A stretch of 28,639 nt of DNA, taken from NCBI GenBank assembly GCA_964462355.1, contig CAYWZM010000001.1, positions 1-28,639 of the forward strand, written 5' to 3'. The position numbers and the translations under genes were made by a program. Source of the DNA: an uncultured Candidatus Saccharibacteria bacterium. GTDB lineage: Bacteria > Patescibacteriota > Minisyncoccia > Phycocordibacterales > UBA9973. Below the pieces are notes generated by a model. That model made no database searches. It was not told the DNA's origin and worked only from the letters and a program-made list of their open reading frames with translations. This document shows positions 8,071 through 15,996 of this stretch, piece after piece; the first letter of the stretch is position 1, and each line of letters opens with the position of its first letter.

Positions 8071-8075
8071 TTGGT

Positions 8076-9131
8076 TTATTGTCTTTCGCCTTCTAGAAGC
8101 GCAAATACTTTTTCGTGCATGAGTACTTGTTCAACATATGCCTGTGCACGCATTTTATCTGCTCCAGGATAGTGTGTAAGAACTGCTTCTACTTCTCTTT
8201 CAACTTCTTTATCATCAAGTTTCATTTCTTCTTTTTTTGCAATTTCAAAAATGAGTAGCTCAAGTGATGCTTTTTTGATTGCATCTGGAGTCCATTCCTT
8301 TTTGATATCATCTTCAGTTTTTGAAATGTTTTTTAGATATTCTTCAAACTTAATTCCTGCGTGCTCAACATCAGTCTTGAGTCGAAACATCATTTTTTCT
8401 AATTCACTATCAATAAGAATCTGAGGAACTTCCATTTTTGTTTTTTCAAGGAGTGCTTCTGCGATTTTTAGACGCATAGTACTTCGAGCTTCGCGTTCCT
8501 TTTCTTTTGAGATATTTTCTTTGAGTTTCTCTTTGAAAGCATCAACATTTTCAAAGCCGCCAAGTGTTTTTACAAATTCGTCATTAAACTCTGGTAATTG
8601 TTCATCTGTGATTGGAGCATGTGAGTGATCATCATGTGCATGACCACCTTCCTTGTGGAGATCTTCGTGTGCACGCATTCTTCTGATTTGAAGAATGGTA
8701 TCGTCAATGTCTTTGTCTGTGACTTCAATAACCACTTTATCTTTGCGAGTTTCCTTTGCAATTGTTTTGTATTCAGGAAGAGTGATTTCAGGGAGTGTGT
8801 CGAATGTAATCTTGAATCCGAGAGGGTTTCCTGGTGCGAGTTTGGTAATAGTGATTTGAGGTCTTCCAATAGCATCAAGCTTTTCAGTTTCAAGAATTTT
8901 TGGGTAGTGTTCGCCGAGTGCCATTTCTGCCATTTCTTCAAGAAGCATATTTTCTGGAATGTGCTTCATGAGAACAGAAGACGGAACATGACCTTTTCGA
9001 AACCCATCGACTTCTATATGAGCGCCGAGGTGTTCGAGGGCGCGTGCTTTGTATCCTTCAAAAATATCAACCGCAAGTTCTCCTTCAATTTCTATACGGC
9101 TATTTTCTAATTTTTTTATTGTGTGCGACAT
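8076..9131 (-). CDS. tig: Trigger factor, short form lacking most of the FKBP domain
   Basis: Ribosome-binding signature VDGFRKGHVP and C-terminal chaperone domain; only 351 aa, with a His-rich stretch where the PPIase domain normally lies. Confidence 0.9.
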   Translation of the reverse strand: MSHTIKKLENSRIEIEGELAVDIFEGYKARALEHLGAHIEVDGFRKGHVPSSVLMKHIPENMLLEEMAEMALGEHYPKILETEKLDAIGRPQITITKLAPGNPLGFKITFDTLPEITLPEYKTIAKETRKDKVVIEVTDKDIDDTILQIRRMRAHEDLHKEGGHAHDDHSHAPITDEQLPEFNDEFVKTLGGFENVDAFKEKLKENISKEKEREARSTMRLKIAEALLEKTKMEVPQILIDSELEKMMFRLKTDVEHAGIKFEEYLKNISKTEDDIKKEWTPDAIKKASLELLIFEIAKKEEMKLDDKEVEREVEAVLTHYPGADKMRAQAYVEQVLMHEKVFALLEGERQ

Positions 9132-9199
9132 GAAATGATATGTATTTAGAGTAATTAATAACTATGAATATGCGGCATATATTCCTTTGGAAAGACACG

Positions 9200-9227
9200 A
9201 ATTTACCACATAAAACACATAGTGCAA
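9200..9227 (-). promoter_or_regulatory. Putative tig promoter
   Basis: Minus strand TTGCAC-16-TAAATT with TG extension. Confidence 0.45.
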
Positions 9228-9240
9228 TGAGTCTACAACA

Positions 9241-9295
9241 ACTATTCAAAAAAACAAAATCGCCATCAAGTGGCGATTTTGTTTTTTTGAATAGT
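9241..9295. terminator. Terminator with 25-bp perfect arms
   Basis: ACTATTCAAAAAAACAAAATCGCCA-TCAAG-TGGCGATTTTGTTTTTTTGAATAGT downstream of the 9305 ORF. Confidence 0.85.
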
Positions 9296-9304
9296 GAGCA
9301 AGTC

Positions 9305-9652
9305 TTATTGAAGGGCTGCATCTACTCCGTAGTCAACAGAATTAATATCTGTTGCATCTATGTCAGAACCAATATCAGACAATTCATCTGATGCTGAGAC
9401 TGATGATTGTGATTCAAGATATGTTTCTGTGTCAACGACTGCATCATTTTGAGTGACACCCATTTCTTCTTGGATGTTTTCTTGAGGAGGTTGAGTATTT
9501 TTGATTACATAGAATGCTCCAATGATAATTATTGCAATGATAATTATTGAACCAATAAGCGCACCTTGTCCATGTGGTTTTGTGTCGCCACTGTTTATAG
9601 GAGCTTGATTTTGCATTGGAGGCATTTGAGTGTTTTGTGTAGAGTTGTCCAT
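9305..9652 (-). CDS. Small single-pass membrane protein with acidic C-terminus, 115 aa
   Basis: TM GALIGSIIIIAIIIIGAFYVI; tail SDELSDIGSDIDATDINSVD. Confidence 0.75.
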   Translation of the reverse strand: MDNSTQNTQMPPMQNQAPINSGDTKPHGQGALIGSIIIIAIIIIGAFYVIKNTQPPQENIQEEMGVTQNDAVVDTETYLESQSSVSASDELSDIGSDIDATDINSVDYGVDAALQ

Positions 9653-9678
9653 TGTGAGAAAATTATTTGGCTATTAAA

Positions 9679-10536
9679 TTATTGATTTGAACCTGTTGCG
9701 TCATCTCCTGATGAGTCATTGTTTGAATCATCACTTGCTTCTGGAACAAGAACTTTGATGATTGCCTTGAATGATTCTCGAAGGTCTGTATGAGCGAGCT
9801 TCATTTCTTCTTTTGCATTTTTAAGCAATGCTCGGATTTCATCACGTAGTGCTTGATCGATACTATTTGATGAACCTGAAACTGTTGCAGTATCTTGTGT
9901 GGTTTGTGTTGGAATTTTTGCTTTTGCTTGTGCAATCAAATCTTTTGCTTTTGCAAGGTGTGATTTTGAAGAATCAAGCAGAGTTTTTGCTGAAGACATA
10001 TTTTTTCCTTCTGCAGTATATGCTTCTATTCGTGTAGTGAGTTTGTCTTGGATTTGAGTAAGTCTTTCTGTTGCAATCTCAAATCGTGTAAATATTTCCC
10101 CTCGCACTTCTCCAAGTTTGTCATGGAGTTCTTTTTTCATTTCTTCCTTTTTCTTCTTGAACTCATCACTTCGCTTTTCATACTCAGCTTTGAGTAATTC
10201 TCTCTTTGCTTTGAATTCATCCTTGAGACCAGTTAGTGTACTCTTAGTTTCTTCTCTTTTAATTTTGAATTCATCTTTTGAAGCTTCAAGAGCTCGTTTC
10301 CAGTCTTCGCGCTCTTTTTTAAACTCCATTTCTCTTATTTTGTCACCACGTGGGCGAAGACCTCCTTTGTCATCATCTGAATCATCATCAGAGTCGTCAT
10401 TTGAATCATCAGTAGATATTGAGCTATCATCGTCATCAGTATCACTTCCACTTTCAGCATGTACTGTATGTGATAAAGTTGCGAATCCTGTTATGGCAAG
10501 AATAAATGCCAAAAACATGTTGAATAAATATTTCAT
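9679..10536 (-). CDS. Secreted coiled-coil/helical protein, about 285 aa
   Basis: Signal peptide MKYLFNMFLAFILAITGFATLSHTVHA, D/S-rich linker, long K/E heptad region. Start moved from 10602 to the ATG at 10536. Confidence 0.8.
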   Translation of the reverse strand: MKYLFNMFLAFILAITGFATLSHTVHAESGSDTDDDDSSISTDDSNDDSDDDSDDDKGGLRPRGDKIREMEFKKEREDWKRALEASKDEFKIKREETKSTLTGLKDEFKAKRELLKAEYEKRSDEFKKKKEEMKKELHDKLGEVRGEIFTRFEIATERLTQIQDKLTTRIEAYTAEGKNMSSAKTLLDSSKSHLAKAKDLIAQAKAKIPTQTTQDTATVSGSSNSIDQALRDEIRALLKNAKEEMKLAHTDLRESFKAIIKVLVPEASDDSNNDSSGDDATGSNQ

Positions 10537-10649
10537 AATTATAATTTGTGTATTATCGATTAATAATAATCTCTCACGTAAACTATAACGAACACGAACC
10601 ATGTGTCGTTACTGTATAGTATATAACACAACAATCTTCGTGTATGTGC

Positions 10650-10683
10650 AAAAAACACCATGCATTATGCATGATGTTTTTTT
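10650..10683 (-). terminator. ppa terminator
   Basis: A6-CACCATGCA-TTA-TGCATGATG-T7 immediately after the ppa stop. Confidence 0.65.
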
Positions 10684-10688
10684 GTTTA

Positions 10689-11216
10689 TTATTGATGTTT
10701 TTCTTTATAGAGAGAAAGCGATCGAACAACTGCGCGTTTTGCTTCATCTGCTCCTTCAAAACCATTGATCTCAACTGTTTTGTTTTGAATTTTCTTGTAT
10801 GTGGCAAAGAAGTGCTCTATTTCCTTGAGTGTGTGCTTGTTTATGTCAGCAATATCTTTGACATCATTCCATCGTGGGTCGTCTTCTGGCACGGCAATAA
10901 TTTTTTCGTCTGCTTCACCGCCGTCCACCATGTGCATAATTGCGACTGGGCGTGCGCGCACCAATATTCCTGGGAGAAGTGCGTATGTAGTAAGCAATAC
11001 TACATCAAGTGCATCACCGTCATCCCAAAGGGTTTGAGGCACAAATCCATAGTCAAAAGGGTAGTCCTGGCTCGTATGCATTGCTCGGTCTAGGGCAATG
11101 ATGCCTGTTTCTTTGTCGATTTCGTACTTGTTTTTTGATCCTTTGTTGATCTCAATAATCACATGTATTGATTCTGGGGTATTTTTTCCTGGTTCTATGT
11201 CGTGTAGTAAGTTCAT
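10689..11216 (-). CDS. ppa: Family I soluble inorganic pyrophosphatase
   Basis: IEINKGSKNKYEIDKE, YPFDYGFVPQT, DGDALDV, DGGEADEKII, IEHFFATYK. True start likely MNLLH at 11216. Confidence 0.95.
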   Translation of the reverse strand: MNLLHDIEPGKNTPESIHVIIEINKGSKNKYEIDKETGIIALDRAMHTSQDYPFDYGFVPQTLWDDGDALDVVLLTTYALLPGILVRARPVAIMHMVDGGEADEKIIAVPEDDPRWNDVKDIADINKHTLKEIEHFFATYKKIQNKTVEINGFEGADEAKRAVVRSLSLYKEKHQ

Positions 11217-11305
11217 TTTTTTAAGATAAAATTCTAATAAATTTCCACATACTATATACAATGTAGAAGTACAGTATAGCAAATAGTAGTTTATTTTGAA
11301 AAAAA

Positions 11306-11334
11306 TTGCACACACTACACTCTCATGGTATAGT
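11306..11334 (+). promoter_or_regulatory. Putative nusA promoter
   Basis: TTGCAC-17-TATAGT with TG extension; implies a leader of about 175 nt beginning with a 7-bp hairpin (11342-11361). Confidence 0.6.
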
Positions 11335-11431
11335 CAAAGTACGTCCGTACCGAAACGGGCGTTCTTTATTACAAAAATCCTTATTTTATAAAGCTTTTTT
11401 GGAAATAATGACAATTTAATACTAATAATAA

Positions 11432-11502
11432 GTGAAAAGTTATAAGGGTATAGGGAACTAGGAAAGTTAAAATCCACTCGCTATCCGCTTATCTCTTTTC
11501 AC
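11432..11502 (+). promoter_or_regulatory. Long imperfect hairpin in the nusA leader
   Basis: GTGAAAAG/CTTTTCAC, ATAAG/CTTAT, GG/CC and ATAG/CTAT: 19 Watson-Crick pairs ending 12 nt before the ATG. Confidence 0.5.
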
Positions 11503-11514
11503 CAATAACTAGCT

Positions 11515-12738
11515 ATGTTAGACCTAAAAGTTATGAAATCAGCCCTCCTTCAACTTGAAGAAGAGCGAAAAATACCGAAAGAAAAGATAATTGATGCCAT
11601 CGAGCAAGCACTTGCTGCTGCATATAAAAAAGATTACGGAAAGAAAGGACAAATTGTTCGAGCCCATTTTGATATTGAAACAGGAGAAACTTCGTTTTTA
11701 CAGGTAAAAATCGTAGTCGATGAGTCGACCGCACGAATGATAAACCCAGAAGAAGAAGGTGAAGCCGTAGATCTCGGTGATACCGAAGACATTATTGAAG
11801 GTGACGACCGGGTGCGATTTAATCCAGAGCACCATATTCTTCTCGAAGATGCAAAACTTATCAAAAGTGATGCAAAACTAGGAGATGAGATTATTTTCCC
11901 ACTTGAAACACAAGAAAATTACGGGCGAATCGCTGCACAAACTGCAAAACAAGTAATCATACAGCGTATTCGTGAAGCTGAACGTGGATCTATTATTGAT
12001 GAATACGGAAACAAAGAAGGAGAAATCATCAATGGTGTGATTCAAAAAATAGAACGAGGAACTATTTTCGTTGATTTCAATCGAGCAACAGGTATTCTTC
12101 CACACGATGAGCAAATTCCTGGAGAGCGATACAACCGAGGAGACAGAATCAAAGCATATTTGTACCTTGTTGAAGAAACACCTCGAGGGGTAAACTTGAA
12201 ACTTTCACGTTCACACCCACGATTTCTCGGAGAACTTTTCAAGGTAGAAGCTCCAGAAGTCGCAAGTGGTGTAGTGGAAATCAAGTCAATCGCTCGTGAG
12301 GCTGGTTCACGTTCAAAGATTGCCGTTCACTCAAATGACGAACATGTTGACCCTGTAGGATCATGCGTAGGTCAAAAAGGTGTTCGCGTGACTACTATTA
12401 TGTCTGAACTCAATGGAGAAAAGGTAGATATTATCCCTTGGTCAGCAGACCCAAAAGAATTTGTTGCAAAATCTCTTTCACCTGCAAAAGTTCTCTCTAT
12501 AGATGTAAACGAAGAAGAGCACAAGGCTATGATTGAGGTTGCAGAAGATCAGCTTTCACTTGCAATTGGAAAAGGTGGGCAAAATGTTCGACTTGCAGCG
12601 AAACTTACTGGTTGGAGAATCGACATTAAAGGCATAAAAGGCGATGATGTTGTTGAATCAGGTGATGATGAAGGATATGCATCACTTTCAACACTCAAAG
12701 AAGTTGCTGAAGAAATTTCAGACGAAGATACAAATTAA
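11515..12738 (+). CDS. nusA: Transcription termination/antitermination factor NusA
   Basis: RIAAQTAKQVIIQRIREAER, S1 domain, AREAGSRSKIAV, DPVGSCVGQKGVRV, AIGKGGQNVRLAAKLTGWRIDI. Confidence 0.98.
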   Translation: MLDLKVMKSALLQLEEERKIPKEKIIDAIEQALAAAYKKDYGKKGQIVRAHFDIETGETSFLQVKIVVDESTARMINPEEEGEAVDLGDTEDIIEGDDRVRFNPEHHILLEDAKLIKSDAKLGDEIIFPLETQENYGRIAAQTAKQVIIQRIREAERGSIIDEYGNKEGEIINGVIQKIERGTIFVDFNRATGILPHDEQIPGERYNRGDRIKAYLYLVEETPRGVNLKLSRSHPRFLGELFKVEAPEVASGVVEIKSIAREAGSRSKIAVHSNDEHVDPVGSCVGQKGVRVTTIMSELNGEKVDIIPWSADPKEFVAKSLSPAKVLSIDVNEEEHKAMIEVAEDQLSLAIGKGGQNVRLAAKLTGWRIDIKGIKGDDVVESGDDEGYASLSTLKEVAEEISDEDTN

Positions 12739-12780
12739 ATCAAAAAACGCACATAATAATGTGCGTTTTTTGATTTAATT
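12733..12780. terminator. nusA terminator (22-bp perfect arms)
   Basis: AATTAAATCAAAAAACGCACAT-AATA-ATGTGCGTTTTTTGATTTAATT; includes the nusA stop codon. Confidence 0.88.
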
Positions 12781-12803
12781 ATCCACACATTTACATGAGA
12801 AGA

Positions 12804-12823
12804 CACTCAGTGAGTGATACTAT
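12804..12823 (+). promoter_or_regulatory. Extended -10 promoter with overlapping palindrome
   Basis: CACTCA-G-TGAGTG (12804-12816) overlapping TGA-TACTAT (12815-12823), upstream of the surface-protein operon. Confidence 0.4.
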
Positions 12824-12852
12824 AAAGTAGTACTCTAATAATTACATTTACT

Positions 12853-13152
12853 ATGGAACAAAATCCACTCACTCAATCACACGTGCCTCACACTGATAAG
12901 AAGAAAGTGTATATTTCAATTATCATTATCCTTGTTCTTATCCTTGGAACAATTTTTGTACTTCGACAGTTTGGTGATTACAAAATCAAAAAGCAAAAAG
13001 AACAAATGGTACAACAACTCAAAGACGGCAAGGAGCCAACCATCAAAGAAAAACTCGACATTTCTGAAATAATAATCGAAAATACGACTACTAGTGCAGA
13101 AGAAGTGAATAATAAAAAACAAGATCTTATAAATAAAATAAAAAACCAGTAG
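12853..13152 (+). CDS. Small single-pass membrane protein, 99 aa
   Basis: KKK followed by TM VYISIIIILVLILGTIFVL and a charged helical tail; 4-nt gap to the next gene. Confidence 0.7.
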   Translation: MEQNPLTQSHVPHTDKKKVYISIIIILVLILGTIFVLRQFGDYKIKKQKEQMVQQLKDGKEPTIKEKLDISEIIIENTTTSAEEVNNKKQDLINKIKNQ

Positions 13153-13156
13153 CGCT

Positions 13157-15601
13157 ATGGGAAAAAAGATACAAAAAATAATACCTGCACTTGTAATGTT
13201 TTTTGCCGGAATTGTGGGTGTCGGTGTCACGTATGCTCAATCTGGAACAGTTGAGCTCGAAGGATATGCATGGAGTGATGGAATTGGTTGGATAAGTCTC
13301 AATTGTAAAACAGGAAGCCCTACTGCATCTGATATTTGTGGTATTTCTAACTACAAAGTCACCGTAGGAACAGGCGGAGCACTTAGTGGGTATGGATGGA
13401 GTGATAACCTTGGGTGGATAAAATTTGGCGGACTTTCTGGTTTTCCTTCAGGAGGAACAAATGCAACATATGATTCTGTTACAGGAAAAATCTCTGGTTT
13501 TGCAAGATTTTGCTCTGGATTAAATGGATCAAATTATTTTTCTATAAATAATTCATGTAGTGGTTCAGCAAGAACAGACGGATGGGATGGGTGGCTTTCT
13601 CTTTCTGGCACAACACCAAACTATGGAGTAACTGTTGCATCAAATGGTCTTTTTTCTGGTTTTGCATGGGGAGATAGTGTTGTGGGATGGGTTGATTTCT
13701 CAGCAGTAAAACTTTCAACTTCTATTGTCGCACCATCTGAAACAGTGTTTCTGGATGTCGGTACAGTCCCACCCGGATCACCAGTAGGAACACCTGTTTC
13801 ATATGTACCCGCACTCCTTACTTCGGTTCCTAGTCCAATTGGTCAACCTTTCACTCTTGAAATTGCGACAACACAAAAACTTTATTACAAATGGAACACA
13901 AGTAGTGCAACTTCATGTGCATTTTCTGGTGCAAGCAATGGCCCAGTCCCCGCAATCTATTTAGTGACTGGTTCAAGTGGGGTAGGTCTCAGTCTTCCTG
14001 TCGGTCAACATTATCTTGCACTGACTTGTACAATGACCAGTGGAGCTACAATTGTCAGAGTTGGAACTATTAATGTTCTCGATATTGGTGTATGGCTTTA
14101 CCAGAATCCAAATATTACCACTACGTCAGATAAAGCTGCACTTAGTTATTACACAGTTGGAGTTACCCCTGGATCTTGTGACGCATATTCTCTTGATGCA
14201 TCAAATTATGGGCTTGCGTCAACATGGCCAAATAATGAACTTGGTCCGTTTGGGACTGGACCTGGGCTTCAGTCAAGTCTTCCCGTTTCGGTCAAGAACC
14301 TTGTTGGTACTTCAGTTCCACCAAATACATCTGACTGGAACCCTGCAAAAACACTTACAACAATCAGTGGTGGGCAATATTCAGGATATGGAATAATTAC
14401 ACGTGAGTCATCGCAGGCACGATATTATGTCGAGTGTCTAAACCCCCTCAACGGAAAAGTTGTTCACGCATCTGTAGATGTTGGACCACTCGAAGTAATA
14501 CCCATGACTCTTCGCGCTCTGAAATCAGGAGTTGTGGTGACTCAAGTAAACCAAGGTGATAATGTTGATCTTGAGTATGCGCCACAAAGCATGGGGTATA
14601 CATTTTCTTCATGTCAAGGTAAAGCTACAGATATTACAGGGGGAGGAAGTACTCCGCTTTCAATTTCAAATTGGAATGGGCCTATAGTCCCTTCATTTAC
14701 ACCTCAAAGTGTCACAGTTCCTTCTTATGTAAATGGTGTATCAACTGCCATTGCGTCAGGTGATGTGGAGTATGAAGTAAGTTGTGTTACTCCATGGGGT
14801 GCTCTCGCAAGTGCTACAACAATCGTTCGAGTGAACGCGACTGGAAATCTTGTGTTGTCAGCATCACCTTCATCATTCTTGGAGAATACAAGCGGTCTAA
14901 AAACAACGCTCTCATGGTCACACCCAAATACATCACTGTTTGGTCTTAATGCATGTCTTCCAGGTGATGGTACACCAGGGTCAACTGGACTTAAATTGAA
15001 CGGTGTATGGAAGCCAGCATCAAACTGGTCAGGACTACCAAAACTTGGAAGTCCAAACGATTCACAGCCTAACGTAGAGGTCAAAAGTGCATCGGTGGGT
15101 ACAATTGCAGAGTATTCAATTATCTGTAAAGACATAAATGGAGTCGATCATGTTGCTCGTGCCAATATCACGTACACTCGTCCACCTCAAGATCCATTAC
15201 AGCAAGCAATTATTGCTCAGTGTTTACCAGACGATGTAAATGCCACAGAGTTTGAAGTATCATGGATTTCTACTCCTTCATCAAACACTGGATGTTACCA
15301 AGTTGTTTCTCCTTCAAATACATCAATACCCTGGACACCTGGTCCGCATGGCGATGGGCTTCCTCCAACCCCTGGTTCTCCATACAATCCAACAGGACTA
15401 CTTAATCAATATGCAGTAAATTCAGGATCATTCACACTTCCATACACTACTATTCAACCTCAAGGATATACCGTGACAATGCAATGTTATGATGAAGATG
15501 AAAATCCGATTCCTGGCACAGTGTCAACCACAATATATCCTGATTGTCGGGTCGAAACAGGATCATCTGGACCTAGAAAGCCACGATTTGAGGAGTTTTA
15601 A
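13157..15601 (+). CDS. Large secreted surface protein, 814 aa: N-terminal GYAWS/GW repeat domain plus about five Cys-containing Ig-like repeats
   Basis: Signal peptide; repeats GYAWSDGIGWISL, GYGWSDNLGWIKF, GFAWGDSVVGWVDF; recurring (L/F)xWxS...C...YxxxC units; S/T/G/P-rich. Confidence 0.8.
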   Translation: MGKKIQKIIPALVMFFAGIVGVGVTYAQSGTVELEGYAWSDGIGWISLNCKTGSPTASDICGISNYKVTVGTGGALSGYGWSDNLGWIKFGGLSGFPSGGTNATYDSVTGKISGFARFCSGLNGSNYFSINNSCSGSARTDGWDGWLSLSGTTPNYGVTVASNGLFSGFAWGDSVVGWVDFSAVKLSTSIVAPSETVFLDVGTVPPGSPVGTPVSYVPALLTSVPSPIGQPFTLEIATTQKLYYKWNTSSATSCAFSGASNGPVPAIYLVTGSSGVGLSLPVGQHYLALTCTMTSGATIVRVGTINVLDIGVWLYQNPNITTTSDKAALSYYTVGVTPGSCDAYSLDASNYGLASTWPNNELGPFGTGPGLQSSLPVSVKNLVGTSVPPNTSDWNPAKTLTTISGGQYSGYGIITRESSQARYYVECLNPLNGKVVHASVDVGPLEVIPMTLRALKSGVVVTQVNQGDNVDLEYAPQSMGYTFSSCQGKATDITGGGSTPLSISNWNGPIVPSFTPQSVTVPSYVNGVSTAIASGDVEYEVSCVTPWGALASATTIVRVNATGNLVLSASPSSFLENTSGLKTTLSWSHPNTSLFGLNACLPGDGTPGSTGLKLNGVWKPASNWSGLPKLGSPNDSQPNVEVKSASVGTIAEYSIICKDINGVDHVARANITYTRPPQDPLQQAIIAQCLPDDVNATEFEVSWISTPSSNTGCYQVVSPSNTSIPWTPGPHGDGLPPTPGSPYNPTGLLNQYAVNSGSFTLPYTTIQPQGYTVTMQCYDEDENPIPGTVSTTIYPDCRVETGSSGPRKPRFEEF

Positions 15602-15617
15602 AATCAATTAGTCTACT

Positions 15618-15971
15618 ATGAAAACAGATATCTATTCACAAATAAAAACATTGGTAGTAGTGACAGTAATCGGAGTGGGTGTGATGGTTGTGTCTCCTGT
15701 TTTTGGTTGGAACCCCCCAACAACAACACCAACAGGAAATAATGCATTACCTCCTTTGCTCTCAGATTCATCACCTCAAGCAAAAGGAGGAGCAGGAATG
15801 GGATCGTTTCTCTATGATGTACAAGGATTATTACTCTCAAATGATTTAGTTGTTGCAGGGACATCAGTATTCGGAGGAAAATTTACAAATACACTTATTG
15901 GTGACAGTTCTCGAACCACTCCAGTACCTGTATGTGTTGCAAGTAGTGGTAATCTCGTAATTTGTCCTTAA
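15618..15971 (+). CDS. Secreted protein consisting only of a W-x-P/NN/PQxKGG base module, 117 aa
   Basis: Signal peptide; aligns without gaps to residues 1-114 of the next gene; ends CVASSGNLVICP. Confidence 0.75.
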   Translation: MKTDIYSQIKTLVVVTVIGVGVMVVSPVFGWNPPTTTPTGNNALPPLLSDSSPQAKGGAGMGSFLYDVQGLLLSNDLVVAGTSVFGGKFTNTLIGDSSRTTPVPVCVASSGNLVICP

Positions 15972-15996
15972 AAGTTTATTTAATTATTAAAAGTAT

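Noticed and set aside
9164-9391. ORFs 9164-9391 (+) and 9100-9321 (-) with similar text (LFKKTKSP..GDFVFLNS)
   Set aside because: The apparent similarity is only the 25-bp palindrome read on both strands.
10537-11315. Longer ORF-track N-termini for the 9679 gene (10602) and ppa (11315), and likewise pilB (17169), the pilW-like gene (22110) and 26450
   Set aside because: The extensions run through promoters, terminators or the upstream gene and lack homologous character; downstream ATGs fit signal peptides and family starts.
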